64,000 bases of DNA. Origin: Solirubrobacterales bacterium (GTDB taxonomy: Bacteria > Actinomycetota > Thermoleophilia > Solirubrobacterales > JBBDJG01). Under the pieces are notes generated by a model. That model saw nothing but the letters and a program-made list of their open reading frames with translations, was not told the origin of the DNA and searched no databases. Location of the stretch: contig JBBQNR010000004.1 in assembly GCA_038330145.1 (NCBI GenBank), positions 6,915 through 70,914 on the forward strand, given 5' to 3'. Shown piece by piece: positions 44,847 through 53,804 of the stretch; position 1 is the stretch's first letter, and the number at the start of each line of letters is the position of its first letter. The position numbers and the translations under genes were made by a program.

Positions 44847-47066
44847 ATGGCGCGCTCCCACCTTTGGCCCTGGCGCCTTTCTCGCGTGAGCTTTATCACA
44901 GCTTTTCGATCAAAAGCCCCGGCGCCTCGGAAGATCGTCGCGCGAAATCGGGTTACGCGTGTGGTCTCGGGGCTGTCGCGCAGGCCCGCCGTGCTGGCCG
45001 GCGCCGCGTACCTCGCCTTTGCCGTCGCCATCACGTGGCCCTTCGCGATTCACCCTGGAAGCACCCTCTTCGGCGGCGTTGGATCCGACCTCACCGCTGC
45101 CGTCGTTCGCTTTCGCGAGCTGGCCGATGCGGCGCAACCGCCGTTCCTGCCCGGTCACATGCCGGACCTCGACGCTCCGGAGGGATTGACGACTCAATGG
45201 GCGCTCGATTTCTCGTCCTTCCCCAGCAGCACCCTGCTCTGGCTCTCGGCCCTGGCCTTCGGCGGCATCGCCGGATACGGGCTGCTGGCGATCGTGAACT
45301 TCGCCGGCTCGGCGCTGGCGATGTTCCTGCTCACCCGCTGGCTCACGGGCAGCGCCGGCGCGGCGTTCGTCGCGGGCGTCGCCTTCGGATTCTGGCCGTT
45401 CGCCTACTCGGCGGCCAACGTGCCGTTCGGAAGCGGGTTCATCCTGGTGATCCTGGTCTGGCGGATGCTGGTCGTGCTTCGCGAGCCGACGATCAGGAAC
45501 GGCCTGATCGCCGGCCTGGCGGGAGTCCTGGTGGTGGCCTGGACCTCCTACTGGATCCTGATCGGCGGAGTCCTGTACGCGGTGCTGGCCGGGTTCGTGC
45601 TCCTGCGGTCGCACTCTCGGGGACAGACCGCCCTGCAGCTCAGGGCACAGATAGCCGCCGGGGCCGTGGTCGTGTGCTGGCTGCTGGCGGTCGCGGTGAT
45701 CGGGTCGGTGAGCGGTTTCACCGACGTGCCGGTTCGCTCCGGTGACGACAGTGTCTTCTACTCGGCCCGGCCGCTGATGTATCTGGTACCCGGTCCGCAT
45801 CATCCGGTGCTGAGCGACGCCACGAAGGATTTCCTTCAGAGGCGGTACCTGAATCCGAACACCACGGCGGTCTACGCGCCGATCTATGTCGGGCTGGTGA
45901 CGCTGGCACTCGCCCTGGTGGGGCTGGTCTCCACGGTCCGTGACCGCTTGAAGAGGCGAGGCGACAGTGGCAACGCCGAGATCGTGTTCCTGGGTGTCGT
46001 TCTCGTGCTCGTCGCCGGCGTTTTCTCGGGGCCGCCCGAGGTGCAGATCCTGGGCGCGACGATCAAGACTCCGGCAGGCCTGGTGGCCGACTTCACGACG
46101 GTCTTCCGCGTCGCGTCGCGCTTTGCGATCCTCGTCATGCTCGGCCTCTGCCTGTTGCTGTCGGTGGGCGTTTCGTGGATCCTTCGCGGTCGCTCGCTGG
46201 CCGCCGGCGCCGTGGTGGTGTCGGCGCTCTCGGTGATCGTCGCGGTGGACCTGTGGAGTCGTGAGCCGCCGGGCCCCACCCGCGTCCACTATCCGCCCGT
46301 CCTGACCCGTCTCGCCGACCGGCCGGTGGGGATCGTGATCGAGTACCCGGTGCTCGCCGAAGTCAACAGCGGCAGCGAGACGACCTTCAACCAACAGGCA
46401 CACGGCAACCCGATCGTCAACGGATCACGGCGCGATACTCGCTCGGAGTCGTGGAAGCTCGAGCTGCAGGCGCTTCAGGACCCCCGAACCGTGTCCGAGC
46501 TTGCGAGGGTGGGGGTGAGGTACGTGGTGGTACGGAAACTGGGCGTGCCGGCGCCGGGCGTCCCGGCGCCCGGGTCGCGGATCGCCGGTCTGCGCCTGCT
46601 CGACCGCGGCGACTCATACGGAGCCCTGTACGAGGTCACAGCACGGCCCGCGCGCACCGCGGTCCACGCGCTGACGGGGTTCTCGCTGCCCGAGGGCGAT
46701 CCGGTGCGCTTCAGCCGCTGGATGACCAAATCGGAGGGTGAGATCGAGGTCAGAGCCCCGTGTGCGCCGTGCGAAGGAGATCTTCGCTTCGACGCCGGCA
46801 CGTTCGCGACCCCCCGGCAGCTGACGGTGCGCAACGAGGCCGGGGACGTGGTGGCACGCCAGACGATCTCGTCGGCAAAGCAGTCCGTGCGCGTCCCGCT
46901 GCGCTTCGACCGCAGGACCGCCGTTACGCTCGCGATCGATCCGGCGCCTCAGGCGCCCAATGATCTGGATCCCGCCAATCCCGACACCCGCCCGCTCGGA
47001 ATCCTCGTCTCCTATCCGATTCGATTCGAGCGCGACGAACGTGGGCCACCCAAGCCTGCCGGCTGA
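44847..47066 (+). CDS. Large polytopic membrane protein, paralog B of the 37986-40175 family (740 aa from ATG 44847)
   Basis: See paralog A. Shared blocks include PPFLPGHMPDLDAPEG, FLLTRWLTG, and IEVRAPCAPCEGDL ... VPLRFDRRTAV. Confidence 0.6.
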   Translation: MARSHLWPWRLSRVSFITAFRSKAPAPRKIVARNRVTRVVSGLSRRPAVLAGAAYLAFAVAITWPFAIHPGSTLFGGVGSDLTAAVVRFRELADAAQPPFLPGHMPDLDAPEGLTTQWALDFSSFPSSTLLWLSALAFGGIAGYGLLAIVNFAGSALAMFLLTRWLTGSAGAAFVAGVAFGFWPFAYSAANVPFGSGFILVILVWRMLVVLREPTIRNGLIAGLAGVLVVAWTSYWILIGGVLYAVLAGFVLLRSHSRGQTALQLRAQIAAGAVVVCWLLAVAVIGSVSGFTDVPVRSGDDSVFYSARPLMYLVPGPHHPVLSDATKDFLQRRYLNPNTTAVYAPIYVGLVTLALALVGLVSTVRDRLKRRGDSGNAEIVFLGVVLVLVAGVFSGPPEVQILGATIKTPAGLVADFTTVFRVASRFAILVMLGLCLLLSVGVSWILRGRSLAAGAVVVSALSVIVAVDLWSREPPGPTRVHYPPVLTRLADRPVGIVIEYPVLAEVNSGSETTFNQQAHGNPIVNGSRRDTRSESWKLELQALQDPRTVSELARVGVRYVVVRKLGVPAPGVPAPGSRIAGLRLLDRGDSYGALYEVTARPARTAVHALTGFSLPEGDPVRFSRWMTKSEGEIEVRAPCAPCEGDLRFDAGTFATPRQLTVRNEAGDVVARQTISSAKQSVRVPLRFDRRTAVTLAIDPAPQAPNDLDPANPDTRPLGILVSYPIRFERDERGPPKPAG

Positions 47067-47080
47067 GTTGCCGGCTGAGT
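47057..47080. repeat. Perfect 12-bp tandem duplication at a gene junction
   Basis: tgccggctgagt occurs twice (47057-47068 and 47069-47080). The first copy holds the TGA stop of the upstream gene. The candidate TTG start of the next gene (47068-47070) spans the boundary between the two copies. Confidence 0.7.
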
Positions 47081-48300
47081 CGGCGCGCCGCCCGCTGTCG
47101 GTGACGATCGACGCCCGCATCCTGCGCGGCGACTTCTCGGGCGCCCAGGCCGCGACGCTGGACCTGATCGAGCTGCTGGGCGGTATCGAGGAGCTGAGGG
47201 TGCGGGTGCTCGTCGACCCCGCGATCGGCGCGCAGGCGGAAGCCGCGATCGACCGCGCCGGAGTTGAGCGGCTGCCGTTCGAGCAGGCCGGGCCGGGCAT
47301 CGACCGAACCGACATCGTGCACCGTCCGTACCAGGTGACGTCGGAGCAGGACCTCGAGCTGCTCGCGCGCCTCGGTCAGCGGCTGATCATCACGCAGCTC
47401 GATCTGATCGCCTTCCACAACCCCGGCTACTTCGACTCAACCGAGAGCTGGCGCCGGCACCAGCGATTGACTCGCCGCGCGCTGGCGCTGGCCGACCAGG
47501 TCGTCTTCCTGAGCGATCACGCCGCGAGCGACGCTGTTCACGAGGGCCTGGTCGAACGCGAGCGCACCCGTGTGGTGCCGATGGTCGTGACCCGCGATGC
47601 GCCGGCACAGAATGCTCGCCGGCCGGCCGGCGCGCCCGACGGAGCGTTCCTGCTCACGATCGGCAACGACTTCCGTCACAAGAACCGCCTGTTCGCGATC
47701 GAGTTGCTGGCCGAGCTTCGCGAGCGCGGCTGGCAGGGTGGTCTGGTGCTGGCGGGCGCGAACGTCGGCCCCGGCTCGTCGCGGCCGGAGGAGGCCGCAT
47801 ACCTGTCGGAGCATCCGCAGCTGGCTCCGTTCGTGCACGACCTTCCGGCCGTGACGGAGGCGGAGAAGGCATGGCTCTACTCGCACACCACGGCGGTTGC
47901 CTACCCGAGTGCTGATGAGGGCTTCGGGTTGATCCCGTTCGAGGCCGCCCGAGCCGGCGTGCCCAGCCTGTTCGCGCATCAGGCCTCGCTGGCGGAGACG
48001 CTCCCGGCGGAGGCCGCCGTGCTGGTTCCCTGGGACGCCGCGGCATCGGCCGAGCGGGCGCTTCCGTTGCTGGGCGAAGGGCCGCAGCGAGAGCGCCACC
48101 TCGCCCTGGTTAGGACCGCGGCGGAGCATCTGGGCGACACGGAATCGGTGCGGGCCAGGCTGCTCGAGGCCTACGATCGCGGGGCCGCCGCGAAACCTCG
48201 GGCGCCAGCCTCGCCGGGCGCCGCAAATCCGTTCACGCGAGCAGGCCGAGCGCTGCTCGGACGCCTGCGCCGGATCGGGGACCGACTTCGGCGACGGTAG
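47068..48300 (+). CDS. Family 4 glycosyltransferase
   Basis: LSVTIDARIL.. at the N terminus, then FLLTIGNDFRHKNRLF and AYPSADEGFGLIPFEAARAGVPSLFAHQASLAE. The start is uncertain: TTG 47068, GTG 47041 or GTG 47101. Confidence 0.75.
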   Translation: MPAESARRPLSVTIDARILRGDFSGAQAATLDLIELLGGIEELRVRVLVDPAIGAQAEAAIDRAGVERLPFEQAGPGIDRTDIVHRPYQVTSEQDLELLARLGQRLIITQLDLIAFHNPGYFDSTESWRRHQRLTRRALALADQVVFLSDHAASDAVHEGLVERERTRVVPMVVTRDAPAQNARRPAGAPDGAFLLTIGNDFRHKNRLFAIELLAELRERGWQGGLVLAGANVGPGSSRPEEAAYLSEHPQLAPFVHDLPAVTEAEKAWLYSHTTAVAYPSADEGFGLIPFEAARAGVPSLFAHQASLAETLPAEAAVLVPWDAAASAERALPLLGEGPQRERHLALVRTAAEHLGDTESVRARLLEAYDRGAAAKPRAPASPGAANPFTRAGRALLGRLRRIGDRLRRR

Positions 48301-48310
48301 CCTGTCGCCC

Positions 48311-48943
48311 TTGTCCTCCTTCGCCGTCCCACCCCGGTTGCGTCGCACCTTGCCCCGGCCGCTACGTGAGCTTGCGCAGCGCGCGCTCGCCCTGAGGCGA
48401 TTCGATGCCGGCGTCGTCGACCTGCCGCCGCCGCGCGCAAAGCGGCGCCACCTTCTGAGCCTGTTCAGGGAACGGGGGCACGACTGCTTCGTGGAGGCGG
48501 GGACCTACCTCGGCGACACTGTCCAGTTCTTCCTGCCCCATGCCGGTCGCATCATCTCGGTCGAGCTCGACGACGAGCTGTGGCGGGCGGCCTCGGAGCG
48601 CTTCGTCGGTCATCCGCAGGTGACGATCGTGAGGGGCGACGCCGAGCAGGAGATCCCACGCATCGTCGGCGAGCTGGAGCTGCCGCCGCTGGTCTGGCTC
48701 GACGGGCACCACTCGGGCGAGGGAACGTCTCAGGGCGAGCACGCCGAGCCGGCGGTGGCGATCGTAGAACGCCTCGGCCAGACGCGGGTCCCGCCCGGGA
48801 CCACGATCGTGGTCGACGACCTGCGGCTGTTCGGGCGCCTGCCCGAGTTCCCGGCGCTGGAGTCGCTCACCTCCGCCGCGCGAGCGGCCTGGCCGGACGC
48901 TCAGATCCGCGTCGGGCTCGACGCGCTCGTCATCGCGCTCTAG
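48311..48943 (+). CDS. Putative class I methyltransferase-fold protein (family not firmly recognised)
   Basis: FVEAGTYLGDTV resembles SAM motif I, and VWLDGHH resembles the acidic post-motif of O-methyltransferase family 3/CmcI-like proteins. The assignment is weak. Confidence 0.4.
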   Translation: MSSFAVPPRLRRTLPRPLRELAQRALALRRFDAGVVDLPPPRAKRRHLLSLFRERGHDCFVEAGTYLGDTVQFFLPHAGRIISVELDDELWRAASERFVGHPQVTIVRGDAEQEIPRIVGELELPPLVWLDGHHSGEGTSQGEHAEPAVAIVERLGQTRVPPGTTIVVDDLRLFGRLPEFPALESLTSAARAAWPDAQIRVGLDALVIAL

Positions 48944-48977
48944 AGATCACGCGCGTGCTCTAGAGATCACGCGCGCC
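48938..48977. repeat. 20-bp tandem duplication at a convergent gene junction
   Basis: gctctagagatcacgcgcgt (48938-48957) is followed by gctctagagatcacgcgcgc (48958-48977). Copy 1 contains the TAG stop of the plus-strand gene and the TGA stop (as tca) of the minus-strand gene. Confidence 0.7.
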
Positions 48978-51427
48978 CGCTCGGGCCAGAGCGCCTGCAG
49001 CTCCTCGATCCGCGCGCGCATCAGCTCCCCGATCGCCTGCGGTGAGTACATGCGCTCGACGTCCTCGCGCGCGCGCGCTCCCTTCTCCGCGGCTTCATCG
49101 GGGTTCTCCACAACGCGTCGCATCAACGCCGCCGCCTGGGCGACGTCGGGGTCGGCCCAGGTCCCGTGGGAGGGATAGATCTCGCAATCCGCTCCGACGC
49201 GAACCATCCCGAACGGCACCGGATAGCTGTTGTGCTCCGTCATGAAGTCGGCCGGGCCGGAGAAGGCGGTGGCGATCACCGGCTTGCCGAGCGCCATGCA
49301 CTCCGCCAGCGTGAGACCGAAACCCTCGCTGCGGTGCAGCGACACGTAGCAGTCGCAGGCGGTCACCAGAGCGTCGCGCTCGCGCGCCCCCAGCGAACGA
49401 TCGACGACGTGGATGTCCGGCCGGTCCCGCGCCGCCCACAGCAACTGCTCGAGAGCGTGCGGCCTGTGCACGCCGTTGATGGTCTTGATCACGAGCTGAG
49501 GTCCCTCGCCCGCCTCGAACGCCAGCCTGAAGGCCTCGACCAGGCCGACCGGGTTCTTGCGCTGGATGGTGCTGAAGAAGTCGAACATGAACATGAACCG
49601 GAAGCCGCCGGGCAGGCCGAGGTCGAGTTGCACGTCGCCGGGGTCCGGGCGCAAGACGGGCGGCGGCATCCGGCGCACTGGGATCGACGCGGCCCGGGCG
49701 AGGTTGTCGGCGACGTAGTCGGTGTAGACCCAGATCTCGTCCAGCAGCTCGAACGAGTTCTTCCAGCGCTCGGGCACCTGATCGGTCTCCCAGGCCCAGA
49801 CGCCGATCGCCGGCCGTTCCTCGAAGAAGTCCTCGCCCACCGTCTCTGCGAACCGGGGCAGCTCGTCGGCGTTGAGGCAGATGAGCCGGAACCCGTTCGA
49901 TGCGGCTCCGTCGATGTCGGTGTAGGCGACGCGGGCATAGTCCTCGTGCGGGTCGGCCGCCAGCTTCACGAACTCGCGCACGTCGACGGTCGAGGTGGAA
50001 ACGGGAACGGCGACCTGCTCGAGCGCACGCACGTAGCCGCGCGCGGCCTCACCCAGACCCAGCGTGCCGCCGAAGAGGCCGCTGACGTGCACGGACAGGT
50101 CGGGCCTGCGGCCGCGCGGCAGCGGTGCCAGCGGCCGCCGGCGCCTGCCGGATCCGGGCGCGGCTCTCTCCAGGCCGGGCGGGGGAGGCGGCAGGAACCG
50201 CTCCGGGATCTCCATCTCGACGACGCCGAAGACCCACACCCAGCCGGCGAAGCCCGAGCCGTCGGGACCGTCGAGGAAGGGATAGGCCACGGCGAGATCC
50301 GCCCGCTCGCCGTAGACGCGGTACAGGTAGCGGTTGATGCCGAAGCCCGCGCCATGGGGAGCTGGCCCCTCCAGCCAGCGCATGAACGCTTCGGCGCCCT
50401 CGGCGCTGAAGAGGTCGCCGAAGTCCTCGCCCGCGGCGGCGGCGTCGGCCAGCAGCAGGGATAGGCGGTCGTCGAAGGTGAGCCCGTTCGGGAGCGTGCG
50501 GCCGACGTCGGCGCGTCGGCGAGGGTCCTTCCATCCCGCGTCCAGCAGGCGGCGGGTGTACGACTCGACCAGCGCCGCCAGCAGCGGGTCGTCGCTCAGG
50601 CGCACCCTGTCCGCGTCCGGGCTGAGCAGGAACGGGCGCCCCGGATCGAAGCCCTCCAGGTGCAAGAACCGCAGCGGGCGGTCGTCGACCGTGGTTCGTC
50701 CCTGGTCGCTGGCAAGGGTGCGCTCGTGAAGGTTCCAGTAGCCCACGGCCGATGCCGGATCGGACAGTGTGGCCACGCCGGTGAAGACGCTCGGCGCGAG
50801 ATCGATCCAGCGGCTCAGCTCGCGGGGGGCGTTGGGAGACTGCGCGGTCGAGGTGGCGACCGGCGCAGCCGCCGCTCGCGCGACCCGCCCCGCCCACCAC
50901 CGCGCCAGCTCGAGACCCTCCTGGCCGCGCATCGCCACCAGCGAGGCCCCCAGCGATCCGGCACGGCGCAGCTCCGCGGCGCCGGGCCGCCTGCCGTCGT
51001 CGGGCAGCCGCCCGAGCAGGCGAGGCGCCAGCAGCGCCCGATTACCCTCCAGCGTCGTAACGACCGGTTGAAGCGGGGCGTTGACGTCCACCGCGACGTC
51101 GAGGTAAACGACCTCGCCCGCCTTTCCTTGTGCCTTTCCTTGCGCCGCTCGTTGCTCCGCTCCTTGCTCCAGCAGCCAGGCGATCAGGTGCGGCTTCAGG
51201 AACTCGGTCTGGTCGGCCCAGCCACCGGCCGGCGGCATGCCATCGGGGGGCAGGGGCAGCAGATCCTGCGGCCATACGACCACGAATGGCTCGCCGGCCG
51301 CATCCGTGCTGCCGGAGCCGAGACGCAACAGCGTCAGCTCAGCGCCGGGATGGTGCTCGTGCAGACGCTGCGCCAGCACGCGCCCCTGCGGTAGCTGCGC
51401 GGCGTTTGCGATCGTGCAGAATCTCAC
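48947..51427 (-). CDS. Two-domain glycosyltransferase: an N-terminal domain of about 430 aa of unrecognised type plus a C-terminal GT4 domain
   Basis: C-terminal half: FMFMFDFFSTIQRKNPVGL, YVSLHRSEGFGLTLAECMALGKPVIATAFSGPADFM. The N terminus (RFCTIANAAQLPQGRVLAQRLHEHHPG) resembles nucleotide-diphospho-sugar transferase-like domains found fused to GT4 in large actinobacterial enzymes. Confidence 0.7.
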   Translation of the reverse strand: MRFCTIANAAQLPQGRVLAQRLHEHHPGAELTLLRLGSGSTDAAGEPFVVVWPQDLLPLPPDGMPPAGGWADQTEFLKPHLIAWLLEQGAEQRAAQGKAQGKAGEVVYLDVAVDVNAPLQPVVTTLEGNRALLAPRLLGRLPDDGRRPGAAELRRAGSLGASLVAMRGQEGLELARWWAGRVARAAAAPVATSTAQSPNAPRELSRWIDLAPSVFTGVATLSDPASAVGYWNLHERTLASDQGRTTVDDRPLRFLHLEGFDPGRPFLLSPDADRVRLSDDPLLAALVESYTRRLLDAGWKDPRRRADVGRTLPNGLTFDDRLSLLLADAAAAGEDFGDLFSAEGAEAFMRWLEGPAPHGAGFGINRYLYRVYGERADLAVAYPFLDGPDGSGFAGWVWVFGVVEMEIPERFLPPPPPGLERAAPGSGRRRRPLAPLPRGRRPDLSVHVSGLFGGTLGLGEAARGYVRALEQVAVPVSTSTVDVREFVKLAADPHEDYARVAYTDIDGAASNGFRLICLNADELPRFAETVGEDFFEERPAIGVWAWETDQVPERWKNSFELLDEIWVYTDYVADNLARAASIPVRRMPPPVLRPDPGDVQLDLGLPGGFRFMFMFDFFSTIQRKNPVGLVEAFRLAFEAGEGPQLVIKTINGVHRPHALEQLLWAARDRPDIHVVDRSLGARERDALVTACDCYVSLHRSEGFGLTLAECMALGKPVIATAFSGPADFMTEHNSYPVPFGMVRVGADCEIYPSHGTWADPDVAQAAALMRRVVENPDEAAEKGARAREDVERMYSPQAIGELMRARIEELQALWPERARVISRARA

Positions 51428-51478
51428 CGCGTCCCTGTCTGCCTCGATTTCGGCGCCTCAGACACAGCAGGCATTTCG

Positions 51479-52504
51479 TCAGAGGCGCTTGGTCGCCACG
51501 AGCGCGTACTCGCCCTCGCCGAAGCGGTCGTCCTCCACGTGCCCGCTCCCGAGCGGATGGAAGACGTACGCGGAGGCGAAGCCGGCCAGCCGGCACAGCA
51601 CCAGCAGCACCTCGGGGAAGAGGGGGTGGCGGTGCGTCGGGTCCACCCAGAAGGTCTTCAGCGCGTGCGGCGCGTGCGGGTTCACAGTCTCCGCGACGAA
51701 GATGCCGCCGGGGCGAAGCCGCGACAGCGACAGCCGCAGGAAGCGCTGCAGCTCCTGGTAGCCGAGGTGCTCGACGAGCTGGGCCGAGAAGACAGCGCCC
51801 AGCTCCTGCTCCAGGTCGTGTTCCAGGAAGTGGTTGACGTCGGCGACGTGAACGTTTTCGTGACCCTTAGTGCGGCAGCGTTCGGCCATCGCCTCGTCCG
51901 CGTCCACTCCCAGGTACGTGATGCCGCGCTCGCGCATCAGGTCCAGGAACTCGCCGCGACCGCAGCCGGCGTCGAGCACCGGCTGATGTGGTTTCACGAG
52001 GTCCAGGAACACCTGCTGGCGCTTTCGCACCCGCTCCTCCGGGCCGCGGAAGACCTGCTCGAAGTCGAGGTACGGCGCCTGCGACTCGCCGGGACCGTCG
52101 CGGTAGCCGAGCACCACACCGGCGGACGGTTCCCGGAACTGCTCCAGGGCGCCGGGCGCCGAGTAGGGAAGCGCGCGGCCCGCCGTCACCGCCTCCTCCG
52201 TCTCGGCAAGACGCGCCGTCAGCTTCTGAAGCGCTCCCATCAGCTCCTCGGTCAGGACCTCCAGCTGCATCCGCTCCTGGTCGCGCAGGCGGCGGTCGAG
52301 ATCGTCGATCGCGTCGAGAAGCTTTCCGTCGACCGTCCGCTGGTAGCTCGTATAGGGCCGCAGCGCTCGCAACAGCGAGCGTCGGGCAAGCCGCAACAGG
52401 CCCCCTCGCCTGCGCGGTTGCGAGTCCGGCCCGCGCTGGGTCAACTCGCGCGCCACCCCTGCGGGGCGGGTTGAAGCTGCTGTGTCCTCGGACAGAGGCA
52501 TCAT
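51479..52504 (-). CDS. SAM-dependent methyltransferase with an N-terminal coiled-coil segment
   Basis: Residues 40-135 or so are heptad-like and charged (LDAIDDLDRRLRDQERMQLEVLTEELMGALQKLTARLAETEEAV). The C-terminal part is VLDAGCGRGEF, GVD, and VFSAQLVEHL......FL.L....LRPGGIFVAET. Confidence 0.75.
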   Translation of the reverse strand: MMPLSEDTAASTRPAGVARELTQRGPDSQPRRRGGLLRLARRSLLRALRPYTSYQRTVDGKLLDAIDDLDRRLRDQERMQLEVLTEELMGALQKLTARLAETEEAVTAGRALPYSAPGALEQFREPSAGVVLGYRDGPGESQAPYLDFEQVFRGPEERVRKRQQVFLDLVKPHQPVLDAGCGRGEFLDLMRERGITYLGVDADEAMAERCRTKGHENVHVADVNHFLEHDLEQELGAVFSAQLVEHLGYQELQRFLRLSLSRLRPGGIFVAETVNPHAPHALKTFWVDPTHRHPLFPEVLLVLCRLAGFASAYVFHPLGSGHVEDDRFGEGEYALVATKRL

Positions 52505-52562
52505 GGTACCGGCGCAGCCTACGACGGTTGTCGCCCAGCGACGTCCCTAGACTGGCTGCCAG

Positions 52563-53804
52563 ATGGCAGGCGAACCGCAGGCAGCGGCGATCACCGTCGA
52601 GCACGTCAGCAAGCGCTTCCGGGTGCCGAAGGAGCGCTACGGCACCTTGAAGGAGCGGGCGCTGCACGGCTTCCGGCGCGGCGGCTACGAGACCCTGGAG
52701 GGACTGCACGACGTCTCCTTCTCCGTCCAGCCGGGGGAGTTCTTCGGCGTAGTGGGCCGCAACGGGTCGGGCAAGAGCACGCTGCTCAAGTGCCTGGCCG
52801 GCATCTACAGCACCGACGAGGGCAGCATCCGAGTCGACGGCCGCATGTCGACCTTCATCGAGCTCGGAGTCGGATTCAATCCCGACCTCGCCGCCGAGGA
52901 CAACGTGGTGCTGAACGCGATCCTGCTGGGCCTCAGCCCGAGCGAGGCGCGCCGGCGCGTGGACGCGGTGATCGACTTTGCCGAGCTGCGCGAGTTCAAG
53001 GACATGAAGCTCAAGAACTACTCGTCCGGCATGTACGTGCGGCTGGCGTTCGCCGTCATGATCCAGGTCGACGCCGAGGTGCTGCTGATCGACGAGGTGC
53101 TGGCGGTCGGCGACGCCGCCTTCCAGCACAAGTGCTATCGCGAGTTCAACCGCATGCGCGAGGACGGCCGCACGATCCTGTTCGTCACCCACGACATGAG
53201 CGCCGTCAACCGCTTCTGCCACCGAGCGCTGCTGCTGGAGCGCGGGCGGGTGGTGTCGATGGGCATCCCGCACGAGGTGTCCGGCGAGTACCTGGCGGTC
53301 AACTTCCGGCACGAGCGCAAGGTCGATGCCACCGAGGCGACCGACCCGCTGCGCGACCGCGCCGCGTTCATCGCCGAGGCATGGTTCGAGGACGAGCGTG
53401 GCGAGCGTGTCGAGTTCCTGACCCAGGGACAGTCGTGCGTCTGCAGGGTGCGGGTGGAGATCAACTGGGAGCTTCACGACCCGACCTTCGTGCTCGCGAT
53501 CGAGAGCGAGGGCGGCGCGCGCGTGTTCGCGACCTCGAGCGCCTGGCTGGGCCAGGAGACAGGCTCCTTCACCGCCGGCGAGCAGGTCGTCTTCTCGGTC
53601 ACGTTCGACAACCCGCTCGCGCCCGGCCGCTACTACATCTCTCCCCAGGTCACTCTCCTCACCGGTCCCCAGGCCGGCGTGGTCGACCGCCGCGACCGGG
53701 CCGCGGCCACCGTCGTGACGGGCACCGACGACGACGGCGCCCTGGTCAGCATCCCGCACGACTTCACGCTCGAGCGCATCAGCGCCCGGGAGCTGTCGGC
53801 TTGA
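52563..53804 (+). CDS. wzt: Polysaccharide ABC exporter ATP-binding protein (Wzt/TagH type) with an extra C-terminal domain of about 165 aa
   Basis: Walker A GRNGSGKSTLLK, signature YSSGMYVRLAFA, Walker B LLIDEVLAVGD, and H-loop FVTHD. A beta-rich extension follows (..FIAEAWFEDERGERVEFLTQGQSCVCRVRVEINWELHDPTFVLAIES..), at the position of Wzt carbohydrate-binding domains. Confidence 0.85.
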   Translation: MAGEPQAAAITVEHVSKRFRVPKERYGTLKERALHGFRRGGYETLEGLHDVSFSVQPGEFFGVVGRNGSGKSTLLKCLAGIYSTDEGSIRVDGRMSTFIELGVGFNPDLAAEDNVVLNAILLGLSPSEARRRVDAVIDFAELREFKDMKLKNYSSGMYVRLAFAVMIQVDAEVLLIDEVLAVGDAAFQHKCYREFNRMREDGRTILFVTHDMSAVNRFCHRALLLERGRVVSMGIPHEVSGEYLAVNFRHERKVDATEATDPLRDRAAFIAEAWFEDERGERVEFLTQGQSCVCRVRVEINWELHDPTFVLAIESEGGARVFATSSAWLGQETGSFTAGEQVVFSVTFDNPLAPGRYYISPQVTLLTGPQAGVVDRRDRAAATVVTGTDDDGALVSIPHDFTLERISARELSA

